A stretch of DNA of 55,689 nt from an uncultured Lentimicrobiaceae bacterium (GTDB lineage: Bacteria; Bacteroidota; Bacteroidia; Bacteroidales; WCHB1-69), in NCBI GenBank assembly GCA_964610025.1, contig CAZSTX010000005.1, positions 1 to 55,689 of the forward strand, given 5' to 3'. The notes beneath the pieces were generated by a model. It saw only the letters and a program-made list of their open reading frames with translations, was not told the DNA's origin and ran no database searches. Of the stretch, positions 38,579-48,862 are shown in pieces. The stretch's first letter is position 1, and the number at the start of each line of letters is the position of its first letter. Both the position numbers and the translations under genes were made by a program.

Positions 38579-39598
38579 ATGAGAAAAGAAAGAATTTACA
38601 TATTATATCTGTTCTTATTTTTCATATTAGGCGTTAATGCTCAACAAGATCCACAATTCACACACTATATGTACAGTGATTTTCTTATAAATCCAGGCGT
38701 AGCAGGAAGCGGTGGCATCTGTGCCACAGGCATTTTCAGACAACAATGGGCAGGATTTCAAGATACATGGGAAAATTTAGAAACTGGTAAGACAGATAAA
38801 TACTCCACTGCACCACAAAATGTCCTTATTACTTTCCATGCACCCGTCAAAGCCTTACATGGCGGTTTAGGAATGGCTGTATACCAAGATAAGTATGGTT
38901 ATCAAAACGATATTGCAGTGAAATTAGCTTATTCATTTAAAATAAATTTTGGTGGCGGTTCTTTAGGAATTGGTTTAGCTGGCGATCTTTTAAGTAGAAC
39001 CCTTCAAGGCGATAAATACCATCCCAGAGAACAAGGCGATCCAAAAATAGCAACTTCAAACATATCAGACTTCTATATTGATGCAGCTTTTGGATTATAT
39101 TATATAAACCCTGACAAATGGTATGCAGGTATAAGCGGAACCCATTTAATTACAGGAGAAGGAAAAAATACACACCAAAGCACAACAAGACATTTTTATT
39201 TCTATGGTGGTTATGAATTTGCACTCCCTTTTAATCCAAATTGGAGTTTGAAACCTAGTGCTATGATAAAAACAGATTTTACAAAAGCACAATACGATTT
39301 TACAGTATTAGCCGAATGGAATAAATTAGTATGGGGTGGTGTGAGTTGGCGTATTGACAGAGATGCCGTTGCTATTTTAGTAGGAGCAAGACCATTTATC
39401 AATTCATCAACAGCCATCAGGGGATTAGAAATTGGGGTATCTTACGATATAACAACTTCGCTTTTAGGCTATAATCATAAAAGAAGCTTTGGAGGACCTG
39501 AAATAATGTTAAAATATTGCTTTACCATTATTCCTCCTGTATCAGTTTATGGATATAAAAACACACGATTATTAGGAAATAAACCTACGGAATATTAA
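38579..39598 (+). CDS. porP: Type IX secretion system membrane protein PorP/SprF family
   Basis: AQQDPQFTHYM...NPGVAG...RQQWAGF, beta-barrel pattern, YDIT..., first gene before gldKLMN. ATG at 38579 preferred. Confidence 0.9.
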   Translation: MRKERIYILYLFLFFILGVNAQQDPQFTHYMYSDFLINPGVAGSGGICATGIFRQQWAGFQDTWENLETGKTDKYSTAPQNVLITFHAPVKALHGGLGMAVYQDKYGYQNDIAVKLAYSFKINFGGGSLGIGLAGDLLSRTLQGDKYHPREQGDPKIATSNISDFYIDAAFGLYYINPDKWYAGISGTHLITGEGKNTHQSTTRHFYFYGGYEFALPFNPNWSLKPSAMIKTDFTKAQYDFTVLAEWNKLVWGGVSWRIDRDAVAILVGARPFINSSTAIRGLEIGVSYDITTSLLGYNHKRSFGGPEIMLKYCFTIIPPVSVYGYKNTRLLGNKPTEY

Positions 39599-39666
39599 AA
39601 TATATTGAAATAAGATATAATAAATTTAGAAAAATATTAGTTAATTATATTAAATATTATAAGAGT

Positions 39667-41112
39667 ATGAAGAAATTGATCTTAACATTAACAGTTTTTG
39701 TTGCCATAGTATTAACGGGATGCCGTAATTCAGGCGACGGTCAACTTATTGGAGCTCAGGACAGAATACAATACAAAGAAATAGAACCTTTTGGCATGAA
39801 ACACATTCCACAAGGACATTATGTGATGGGAGTCGGTGCTGAAGACCCAACCTATTCAATGACATATAGTGCTAGAAATGTTACTGTACAATCATTTTGG
39901 ATGGACGAAACAGAAATAACCAATAACGAATATCGTCAATTTGTAGAATGGGTTGTCGACTCTATTATCCACGTTCAACTCGGAGAAACTTTAGATGAAG
40001 AAGACAATGAGCATTATCTAAAATATAAACGTAGGCAAGCTACCGAAGAACACGATGAAGGAGAAATAATTGAACCAAAACACATCAACTGGGATACCAA
40101 AATAGATTGGGACTCTAAAGATGAAGAATACCGTTCTGCCCTCTCCTATTTACTTTTAGACCCAAGCGCAGGCAATGAAAGATACTATCATTATAAAATG
40201 CGAGATATGGATATTAAAAAAATAGTTTTCGAATATTGGTGGTATGATAAAAGAGCATTTAGAGACGACGACGTGCAAGGTGCCGCTTTTAAAGAATTTG
40301 ATAATGTAGATCCACAAACCAAAGACATGGGAATGTTTTCTAATAGACCTACCGCTTATAACCAAGGATCTAAACCTTTCTTACGACACGAAGCCGTCAA
40401 TATTTACCCAGATACTTTATGTTGGATACACGATTTTGTACACTCTTTCAATGAACCTCAAACCAATAGTTACTTTTGGCACCCTGTTTACGATAATTAC
40501 CCTGTAGTAGGAGTTAGCTGGAAACAAGCTAAAGCATTTTGCGCATGGCGTTCTCACATCAGAAACAACTATTTAAGTACACAAGAATGGGCATACGAAA
40601 ATGAATTTCGTTTACCCAACGAAGCAGAATGGGAATGGGCTGCAAGAGGTTATTTAATGGAAAGCCCTTATCCATGGGGAGGTCCTTACACACAAAATGT
40701 AAACGGATGTTATTTAGGTAATTTCAAACCTTTAAGAGGAAATTATAGTGCTGATGGTGGTGTCTTAACAGTAGTAGTAGCACACTATCATCCAAACGAC
40801 TGGGGACTGTACGATATGGCAGGTAATGTTTCTGAATGGTGCGAAGATGCATACAACGAATCAGCACTTAACTTTGCCCATGATCTCAATATGCAATACA
40901 CTTATTATGCAAAAGACAATGACCCTCCTGTATTAAAAAGAAAAGTAATACGTGGTGGTTCTTGGAAAGATATCAGCTATTATTTGAATAATGCCACTAG
41001 AACTTATGCTTATCAAGATACAGGTAAATCTTATATTGGCTTTAGATGCGTTCAATCTTATTTAGGACGTGTATACGGAGATAACTTAGCTACATCATCT
41101 AACGTTTATTAG
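39667..41112 (+). CDS. gldK: T9SS/gliding lipoprotein GldK (PorK), FGE-sulfatase domain
   Basis: LTG-C lipobox, MDETEITNNEY, YPVVGVSW, RLPNEAEWE, MAGNVSEW, RGGSW. Confidence 0.93.
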   Translation: MKKLILTLTVFVAIVLTGCRNSGDGQLIGAQDRIQYKEIEPFGMKHIPQGHYVMGVGAEDPTYSMTYSARNVTVQSFWMDETEITNNEYRQFVEWVVDSIIHVQLGETLDEEDNEHYLKYKRRQATEEHDEGEIIEPKHINWDTKIDWDSKDEEYRSALSYLLLDPSAGNERYYHYKMRDMDIKKIVFEYWWYDKRAFRDDDVQGAAFKEFDNVDPQTKDMGMFSNRPTAYNQGSKPFLRHEAVNIYPDTLCWIHDFVHSFNEPQTNSYFWHPVYDNYPVVGVSWKQAKAFCAWRSHIRNNYLSTQEWAYENEFRLPNEAEWEWAARGYLMESPYPWGGPYTQNVNGCYLGNFKPLRGNYSADGGVLTVVVAHYHPNDWGLYDMAGNVSEWCEDAYNESALNFAHDLNMQYTYYAKDNDPPVLKRKVIRGGSWKDISYYLNNATRTYAYQDTGKSYIGFRCVQSYLGRVYGDNLATSSNVY

Positions 41113-41181
41113 TAAAAAAAAGACAATTTAAATTAATATAATAAATAACAAAAAATAATAACAATTAAAAAAAATTAATCT

Positions 41182-42075
41182 ATGGGATTATATGAATTAG
41201 TAAGAAGTAAGCCATACAAAAATTTTATGGCAAAGTTGTACGGAATTGGTGCCGCAGTTGTAATCGCAGGTGCTTTGTTTAAAATCATGCACTTCCCAGG
41301 TGCAGGAATAATGCTATTGATAGGAATGGGTACTGAATCTGTTATTTTCTTCATGTCAGCTTTTGAACCATTACACGTTGACTACAATTGGGCTTTGGTC
41401 TATCCTGAATTAGCAATGGGACTAGACGATGAGAAACCAAAAAAGAAAGAAAAAGAAAAAAAAGGTACTATATCCCAACAATTAGACAATGCTTTGTTAG
41501 AAGCAAAAATTGGACCTGATTTATTAGATAGCTTAGCAGCTGGAATGAAAAATTTAGGCGAAAATGCCAAACAATTATCTGGTATGTCCGATGCTGTTAA
41601 TGCTACTGATGGATATATTACTAATGTATCGAAAGCATCAGAATCAGTTAGGAATTTAGGCGTAGCATACGAAAAAACAACTGACTCTTTAGAGTCGTCT
41701 TTAAATAAATCTCAAAATTATTTTACAAATGTAGAAAAAGCATCTAGTGCAGTAGGCTCATTAGCCAATGTCTATGAAGACACTATTCGCAGTATGACTG
41801 CCGGATCTAATTATAATGAAGAGGTTTCAAGACTATCAAAAAATCTTTCAGCTATAAATGCAGCTTACGAGCTTCAATTGCAAAGTACTAATGAGACTTT
41901 AAACATTTCTAAAACTTTAGATGAACATCTTAAAAACTTAGCAACTAACTTAAACGAATCTACCAATAATATATTAAGTTATAAAGAACAAGTTGATATG
42001 TTATCCAAAAATGTCAGTAAATTAAACGATATTTATGGCAATATGTTAGCTGCTATGGGTAATAGGATTAGTTAA
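41182..42075 (+). CDS. gldL: T9SS/gliding motor subunit GldL (PorL)
   Basis: YGIGAAVVI.GALFKI.H.PG...GMGTE..IFF.SAFEP, coiled-coil tail, YGNMLAAM. Confidence 0.95.
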   Translation: MGLYELVRSKPYKNFMAKLYGIGAAVVIAGALFKIMHFPGAGIMLLIGMGTESVIFFMSAFEPLHVDYNWALVYPELAMGLDDEKPKKKEKEKKGTISQQLDNALLEAKIGPDLLDSLAAGMKNLGENAKQLSGMSDAVNATDGYITNVSKASESVRNLGVAYEKTTDSLESSLNKSQNYFTNVEKASSAVGSLANVYEDTIRSMTAGSNYNEEVSRLSKNLSAINAAYELQLQSTNETLNISKTLDEHLKNLATNLNESTNNILSYKEQVDMLSKNVSKLNDIYGNMLAAMGNRIS

Positions 42076-42113
42076 TAAATAAAATAAGATAATAATAAAA
42101 ATTATATTATAAT

Positions 42114-43721
42114 ATGGGAGCAACAAATTGTCCGGAAACTCCCCGGCAAAGAATGATTTCAATGTTATATTTAGTGCTAACAGCTATGCTTGCATTAAAT
42201 GTTTCTAAAGATATATTAGACGCTTTTATAGTTGTGAATGAAACATTGGAACAAACAAACACAAACTTCACTAGCAAAGTTGATCAAAGTTATATTTTAT
42301 TTGCAGGTGCTTTAGAAAATGAAGGTGCAAAAGTAAAACCTTTCTACGACAAAGCACTAAAAGTAAAAAAAGCATCTGAAGAAATGGTAGACTATATAAC
42401 TCAAATAAAAAAAGAACTTTTTATGGAGGTAGATGGCCTAACTGCCGAGCAAGCGGAAGGTAAAACATTGAAAGATATGGATGCGAAAGATAACTATGAT
42501 AAGCCTACTCAATATTTTATAGGTCAAACTGGAACTGGAAAAGCTACAGAATTGAAAGGTAAAATAGAGACTTATAAAAAAAATCTAATTACTATAGTTA
42601 ATAACCCTGAATACGCTAATATAATAAAACAATCTTTAGTTACTGAAGGTGACTTTAGAAATACATCTGGCGAAAAAGAATCATGGGAACAACATAATTT
42701 TGACCATATTGTTGCAGCAGCCACCTACACTATTCTCAACAAATTAATTGGTGAAATAAAAAATACTGAATATGCTACTGTTAGTTTTCTTTATTCTGCT
42801 ATTGACGCAGGTAGCTTCAAATTCGACAATGTTAGCGCTAAAGTAATTCCTAATAGTCGTATCGTTTTTTCGGGTGATTCTTACGAAGCTGATATTATTG
42901 TAGCAGCTATTGATTCGCGTCAAAACCCTTCTGTTTATTGGGGAGCAGGAAGAGATACTGTTTCTGTATCTGATATTGACAAATTAACCTTAGTAGAAGG
43001 AGAAAATGGAATGGTACATTTAAAAATACCTACAGGAGGAGTTGGGGATCAGCGTTACGCTGGTATAATTAAACTAAAAACTGCTGAAGGAGATAAATTT
43101 TATCCTTTTAAAGATGCTTATACAGTAACTCGCCCTTCTGCTGCAATAGCTGCAGAAAAAATGAACGTACTCTATGCAGGTATTCCAAATCCTATCGCAA
43201 TAGCAGCACCAGTAGCCCCTGAAAAAATGCGTATTTCATGGGGAGGACTTTCTCCTAAACAAATGGGTGGTGGAAAATATGAAGTTACACCAGATAAAAA
43301 TACAATCGGAAAAAAAATAATGATTACTGTAGCCGCTGACTTAGGAACAGGAAAATCTCAAAATATGGGAAGTCAAGAATTTAGAGTAAAAGCAGTTCCT
43401 AATCCTGTAGCTTATATAGGGTCTAATGTTGGTTCAGGAAAAGTAGCTAAAAGTCTTTTAGTTGCCAATCCTTTCTTAACTGCAAAAATGGAAAACTTTG
43501 ACTTTGCACTAGCATGGCGAATAACTTCTTATAAAGTTACCGTAGTTAAAAATGGAAGAGAAGTTTCGAGTACTACTAATGCAGGTGCTCAATTTACTGA
43601 AAGCTTAAAAGGAACTATACGTGCAGCTACTGCAGGTACCACTTTTGAGTTTACCGAAATTAAAGCTCAAAGTATTGCAGGAGTAAAAAATTTAGAAAAT
43701 ATTACAGTTCGTGTAAGATAA
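42114..43721 (+). CDS. gldM: T9SS/gliding motor subunit GldM (PorM)
   Basis: PETPRQRMISMLYLVLTAMLALNVS, MNVLYAGIPNPI. Confidence 0.95.
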   Translation: MGATNCPETPRQRMISMLYLVLTAMLALNVSKDILDAFIVVNETLEQTNTNFTSKVDQSYILFAGALENEGAKVKPFYDKALKVKKASEEMVDYITQIKKELFMEVDGLTAEQAEGKTLKDMDAKDNYDKPTQYFIGQTGTGKATELKGKIETYKKNLITIVNNPEYANIIKQSLVTEGDFRNTSGEKESWEQHNFDHIVAAATYTILNKLIGEIKNTEYATVSFLYSAIDAGSFKFDNVSAKVIPNSRIVFSGDSYEADIIVAAIDSRQNPSVYWGAGRDTVSVSDIDKLTLVEGENGMVHLKIPTGGVGDQRYAGIIKLKTAEGDKFYPFKDAYTVTRPSAAIAAEKMNVLYAGIPNPIAIAAPVAPEKMRISWGGLSPKQMGGGKYEVTPDKNTIGKKIMITVAADLGTGKSQNMGSQEFRVKAVPNPVAYIGSNVGSGKVAKSLLVANPFLTAKMENFDFALAWRITSYKVTVVKNGREVSSTTNAGAQFTESLKGTIRAATAGTTFEFTEIKAQSIAGVKNLENITVRVR

Positions 43722-43759
43722 TTTAAATATCATAATATTCATTTTAAAAACTTATAGAA

Positions 43760-44836
43760 ATGAAACATTTACGATTAGTCATAACAATAATAATAGTAAG
43801 CTGTATGGCAAGTGTTCATACACAAACTATTGATAGTGAAAATAATCAAAGAGGTGCATTTGATGCTCCAGAAGCAATACGTAAGCCTATAGACAGACCT
43901 TACGAAAAAAAATTGCTTAAGGATAACACGCCAGCTCCTTTACAACCTTTAGATGAAGAATATATCCATTACGCTTCCCTATTTTGGCGTGTAATTGATC
44001 TACGAGAAAAAATGAACTTACCACTCTACTTTCCTACTGAGACAAAAGGAAATTGGAAAAGTTTTGCACGTATTATTTGGGAAATAGTCGACTCTAATGA
44101 AAGTAATCCAATGCCTACTCGCATTTACACTACTGAATATTTTGATATACCTTTATCAAACGAAGAGTTTAAAAGCAAGTTTAGCATAGAACCTATCACT
44201 CAATTATTATGGCTAACAGATCCTGAAACAGGAGAACAAGTATTTGACGAAGAAACAGGAGAACCTATATCTACTGGTGATACTACTATTATGCAATTTG
44301 CAGACCCTAAAGACATTATGCAATACGACATGAAAGAATTATACTACGTTGATAATCAAAGGTCAATGTTAGATGTTCGTATTATGGGCATATGCCCGGT
44401 GCTGCAAAAAGGTGCTGCTGACTTCGGATTTGATGACGAAGACGACCAACCTGCTTATGAAGAACCTGCTGATGACGAGTTTGCTTATGATGATTTTGAA
44501 GATGAAGGATCCCCTGAAGAAGAATACCAAGAAGAGGAAGAGTTACCAGAATTAGGTGGAACTAAATTAGCCCCTATTGGATGGTTCTATTATCCAGAGT
44601 TTAGACCTGTTATGGCAGTAAATGAAGTATTTAATCCTCATAACAATGCAAACCGTAGAACTTATGATGATATTTTTCTACAACGACACTTTTCGAGCTT
44701 TATAAGAGCCGAAGAAAATGTATACGATAATCGAGAAATATTCCATTATATACTAAATGGATTAGACCAAATATTAGAAGCAGAAAAGATAAAACATAAA
44801 GTTTTTGCTTTTGAACATGATATGTGGGAATACTAA
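43760..44836 (+). CDS. gldN: T9SS/gliding protein GldN (PorN), with acidic insertion
   Basis: WRVIDLREKMNLPLYFP, RIMGICP, WFYYPE, FLQRHFSSFI, FEHDMWEY. Confidence 0.92.
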   Translation: MKHLRLVITIIIVSCMASVHTQTIDSENNQRGAFDAPEAIRKPIDRPYEKKLLKDNTPAPLQPLDEEYIHYASLFWRVIDLREKMNLPLYFPTETKGNWKSFARIIWEIVDSNESNPMPTRIYTTEYFDIPLSNEEFKSKFSIEPITQLLWLTDPETGEQVFDEETGEPISTGDTTIMQFADPKDIMQYDMKELYYVDNQRSMLDVRIMGICPVLQKGAADFGFDDEDDQPAYEEPADDEFAYDDFEDEGSPEEEYQEEEELPELGGTKLAPIGWFYYPEFRPVMAVNEVFNPHNNANRRTYDDIFLQRHFSSFIRAEENVYDNREIFHYILNGLDQILEAEKIKHKVFAFEHDMWEY

Positions 44837-44853
44837 AACACTATACATAAAAT

Positions 44854-44884
44854 AAAAAGGCTGCTTTTAAGTAGCCTTTTTTTA
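44854..44884 (+). terminator. Intrinsic terminator after gldN
   Basis: AAAAGGCTGC-TTTTAA-GTAGCCTTTT plus further T residues. Confidence 0.75.
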
Positions 44885-44902
44885 TAATGAAGTTTATAAA
44901 AA

Positions 44903-47014
44903 ATGAATCATTTTTTTAATACTAAAATTACATATCTAAAAAACGTTGGAAGTAAACGTGCTGAAATCTTAAATAAAGAAGTAGCTATCTATACTTTTTA
45001 CGATCTTTTACATTATTACCCATATAAATATATAGATAAATCGAAATTTTATAAAATAAATGAATTACAAGACAATATTAATTCTTATGTACAACTTAAA
45101 GGTAAAATAATTGATATTCAAATAATAGGAGAAAATAGAGCTAAAAGATTAGTTGCAACACTACAAGACAATACAGGATTTATAGATTTGGTCTGGTTTA
45201 ATGGGATTAATTATATTGAGAAAAAAATTATCAAACAAAAAGAATATATTGTATTTGGAAAACCAAGCATGTTTGCCAAAGCATTTAATATGATGCATCC
45301 TGAAATTACTATTGCCGACCAAGAAGAAAATGCCCAAACAATACCAATTCCTTTTCAGCCTTTTTATAACACATCAGATGCTATGAAACGCTGCGGATTG
45401 GATAGTAAAGGAATAAGCAAACTGTTGTATCAACTACTCATCTCTTACCATCACGAAATTGAAGAAAATCTCCCTGACTATCTTATTGCAAAATTAAAAT
45501 TTTTAGATAAAAAAAATGCACTTTTTAATATTCATTTTCCACGAAATCAAAAATTATTAAAATTAGCACAAGAACGTCTGAAATTTGAAGAAATATTTTT
45601 CACTCAGCTTCATCTAATACAAAACAAATTAATTCGCTCAACAAAAAGTAAAGGATTTTTATTATCTAAAATAGGAAAATACTTTAATAATTTATATTTC
45701 AACAATTTACCTTTTGAATTAACTAATGCTCAAAAAAAAGTAATAAAAGAAATACATTCTGACTTTATTTCAGGAAAACAAATGAATCGTTTACTTCAAG
45801 GAGATGTAGGAAGCGGAAAAACTATTACTTCTTTACTAGTCATGATGATTGCTATTGACAATGGCTATCAATGTTGCCTAATGGCACCTACTGAAATATT
45901 GGCTATACAACACTATAATAGTATTAGTAAATTTCTTAAAAACATTAACTTGCAAGTAGAGCTATTAACTGGTAGCACAAAAACGGCAAAACGAAAACAA
46001 CTATTGGAAGACACAAAAAACGGCAAAACTTCCATATTAATAGGAACACATACACTTATCGAAAACAGTGTTATATTCAATAAATTAGGATTAATCATTA
46101 TCGATGAACAGCATCGATTCGGAGTGGAACAAAGAGCTAAGTTATGGGCTAAAAACACAATGCCACCTCATGTATTAGTTATGACTGCCACTCCTATTCC
46201 TAGAACTTTAGCAATGACAGTATATGGAGATTTAGACATTTCTATTATTGACGAATTACCGCAAGGAAGAAAATCTACCATCACCTACCATTACACTCAA
46301 AAAAATCGCAATAAACTTATTGACTTTTTAAAAAAACAAATACATAATGGCAGACAAATATTTGTTGTATTTCCTCTAATTGAAGAATCAGAAAACCTTG
46401 ATTTAGAAAATCTAATGGAAGGATACGAAATTTTCAAAAACTATTTTCCTCTCCCTCATTACAAAGTAAGTATTATTCATGGTAAAATGACTATTGCTGA
46501 AAAAGAAGAAATAATGCAAAGTTTCATACAAAAAACAACAGATATATTATTAGCTACAACAGTAATAGAAGTAGGTGTTGACATCCCTAATGCTACGGTT
46601 ATGCTCATTGAAAATGCAGAACGATTTGGATTAGCACAACTACATCAACTCAGGGGAAGAGTTGGAAGAGGTGCCAATCAATCTTATTGTATTTTATTAA
46701 CAGGAAATCAATTGTCTAACGAAAGTAAAAAACGTATTCAAGCCATGTTAGAAACAAATGATGGTTTTGAAATTGCCAATTTTGATTTAAAATTGAGAGG
46801 TCCTGGCGACTTATCTGGTACAAAACAAAGTGGTATTATTGAATTTAAACTACTCGATATTATCAAAGACGAACAGCTTATTATTTATACAAGAAATTTA
46901 GCCACTGATATACTAAAAGAAGACCCTTTATTAGACAAACAAGAACATTATTATTTAAAAAAACAACTCCATTTTATTTTCAATAGAACCAATAATTATT
47001 ATCAAATTAGCTAA
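44903..47014 (+). CDS. recG: ATP-dependent DNA helicase RecG
   Basis: QGDVGSGKT, MAPTEILA, DEQHRFGV, MTATPIPR, QLRGRVGRG, LRGPGD. Confidence 0.97.
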   Translation: MNHFFNTKITYLKNVGSKRAEILNKEVAIYTFYDLLHYYPYKYIDKSKFYKINELQDNINSYVQLKGKIIDIQIIGENRAKRLVATLQDNTGFIDLVWFNGINYIEKKIIKQKEYIVFGKPSMFAKAFNMMHPEITIADQEENAQTIPIPFQPFYNTSDAMKRCGLDSKGISKLLYQLLISYHHEIEENLPDYLIAKLKFLDKKNALFNIHFPRNQKLLKLAQERLKFEEIFFTQLHLIQNKLIRSTKSKGFLLSKIGKYFNNLYFNNLPFELTNAQKKVIKEIHSDFISGKQMNRLLQGDVGSGKTITSLLVMMIAIDNGYQCCLMAPTEILAIQHYNSISKFLKNINLQVELLTGSTKTAKRKQLLEDTKNGKTSILIGTHTLIENSVIFNKLGLIIIDEQHRFGVEQRAKLWAKNTMPPHVLVMTATPIPRTLAMTVYGDLDISIIDELPQGRKSTITYHYTQKNRNKLIDFLKKQIHNGRQIFVVFPLIEESENLDLENLMEGYEIFKNYFPLPHYKVSIIHGKMTIAEKEEIMQSFIQKTTDILLATTVIEVGVDIPNATVMLIENAERFGLAQLHQLRGRVGRGANQSYCILLTGNQLSNESKKRIQAMLETNDGFEIANFDLKLRGPGDLSGTKQSGIIEFKLLDIIKDEQLIIYTRNLATDILKEDPLLDKQEHYYLKKQLHFIFNRTNNYYQIS

Positions 47015-47016
47015 AT

Positions 47017-47997
47017 ATGAATTATTTAAATAATATCTTTTTAAATAAAACACAATTACTATTAGCACCTATGGACGATATTACAGATCTATCATTCAGA
47101 AGTATTTGTAAAGAGTTAGGTGCCGATATTACCATAAGCGAATTTGTAGCATCTGATGCATTGATTCATAATATTGAAAAGACAAAACGGAAAATGCTTT
47201 TTTCTTCTGATGAACATCCTTTTGGTATTCAATTATTTGGAAATAATAAAATTACAATGCGAGAAGCTGCTATCATCATAGCAACTTACCAACCTGATTT
47301 TATAGATATCAATTGGGGATGCCCAGCTAAAAAAGTAGCAGGAAAAGGCTCTGGTTCAGGAATGTTACAGAACATACCCTTGTTATTAGAAATTACCGAA
47401 GAAATTGTAAAATCAGTACAATTACCCGTTACAGTAAAAACTCGTCTTGGCTATAATGACAACACTAAGGGCATTATAGATTTAAGCGAACAGCTGCAAG
47501 ATATAGGCGTTAAAGCTATCAGCATACACGGTCGTACAAAAACACAAATGTTTAAAGGAGAAGCCGATTGGTCTTTAATAGGAGCAGTAAAAGCCCACCA
47601 TAGAATTAAAATACCTATAATTGGGAATGGCGATATTACATCTGCCGAAGAAGCCTTAAAAATGGTACAAACACATTGTGTTGATGGCATTATGATAGGA
47701 AGAGCAGCTATTGGAAATCCATGGATATTTAAACAATGTAAAGCATTATTCAATAATAATACTATTATCGATGAGCCTTCTATTAAAGAACGTGTAACTA
47801 TATGTAAAAAACATTTATTATTATCTATTGAAAATAAAGGCGAACACAGAGGTATACGAGAAATAAGAAAGCATTATAAAAATTATTTTAAAGGAATTAA
47901 TAATTTTAAAGCATATAGAATTAAACTTTTAACTTTAATAAATGTTAAAGATATATTAGAATTATTAGATGAAATTAATTATAAATTTTCTTTATGA
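47017..47997 (+). CDS. dusB: tRNA-dihydrouridine synthase B
   Basis: LAPM.DITD, INWGCP, VKTRLG, IHGRT, IGNGDI, GRAAIGNPW. Confidence 0.92.
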   Translation: MNYLNNIFLNKTQLLLAPMDDITDLSFRSICKELGADITISEFVASDALIHNIEKTKRKMLFSSDEHPFGIQLFGNNKITMREAAIIIATYQPDFIDINWGCPAKKVAGKGSGSGMLQNIPLLLEITEEIVKSVQLPVTVKTRLGYNDNTKGIIDLSEQLQDIGVKAISIHGRTKTQMFKGEADWSLIGAVKAHHRIKIPIIGNGDITSAEEALKMVQTHCVDGIMIGRAAIGNPWIFKQCKALFNNNTIIDEPSIKERVTICKKHLLLSIENKGEHRGIREIRKHYKNYFKGINNFKAYRIKLLTLINVKDILELLDEINYKFSL

Positions 47998-48824
47998 ACG
48001 AAAATCAGACAATACAGATTGATGTAGATAAAATTATTTATAATAAGAATAAAACTTTATACCGGCTACTTCCAAAGTTTTTTATTCGCTACCTTAACCG
48101 TATATTACATACAGAAGAAATCAATACTATTTTAAATAATGTAAAAGGCATTAATGGAATAAATTTCGCAAATAAAATAATTACCGATTTCAATGTCTCC
48201 TATTCTATTATTAATGAAGAAAACATTCCAAAAAACAGCAATCATATCATCGTTTCCAATCATCCTTTAGGCGGTTTTGATGGGTTAATATTAATAGACG
48301 TATTTTCTAAATACAAAGAAAAAGTAAAAGTTACACTCAACGACTTACTATTAAACGTACCCAATCTTGTTGACCTTGCTGTTCCTATCAATAAAACAGG
48401 AAAAAATACAACAGAATTAGCTAGAGCTTTAAACAAAGCATTTGAAGAAGACAATATGATAGTTTTTTTTCCAGCAGGCATATGTTCTCGAAAAATTAAA
48501 GGAAAAATTGTAGATTTAGAATGGAAAAAAACATTTGTATCCAAAGCAAAAGAATACAAAAGAGATATACTACCTATTTATTTTGAAGGAAAAAATACAA
48601 ATTTCTTTTATAATTTAGCTAATATAAGAAAAAGAATAAAACTAAAAGCAAATATCGAAATGCTATATCTCCCCGATGAATTATTTAAACAAAAAAATAA
48701 AAAATTTAAAATCATCATAGGAGAAACTATATCTTACAAAACTTTTACAAATGAAAAAACAGATTATGCATATGCTAATGAAATAAAAAAGAAAGTTTAT
48801 CAATTAAAAAGTAATTTATATTGA
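47994..48824 (+). CDS. Phospholipid/glycerol acyltransferase family (putative aminolipid O-acyltransferase)
   Basis: SNHPLGGFDG (HX4D), FFPAGICSR, DLEWKKTF. Confidence 0.85.
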   Translation: MNENQTIQIDVDKIIYNKNKTLYRLLPKFFIRYLNRILHTEEINTILNNVKGINGINFANKIITDFNVSYSIINEENIPKNSNHIIVSNHPLGGFDGLILIDVFSKYKEKVKVTLNDLLLNVPNLVDLAVPINKTGKNTTELARALNKAFEEDNMIVFFPAGICSRKIKGKIVDLEWKKTFVSKAKEYKRDILPIYFEGKNTNFFYNLANIRKRIKLKANIEMLYLPDELFKQKNKKFKIIIGETISYKTFTNEKTDYAYANEIKKKVYQLKSNLY

Positions 48825-48862
48825 TTTTTTTTATAATATTGTAAAAATATATTTTATAAAAG

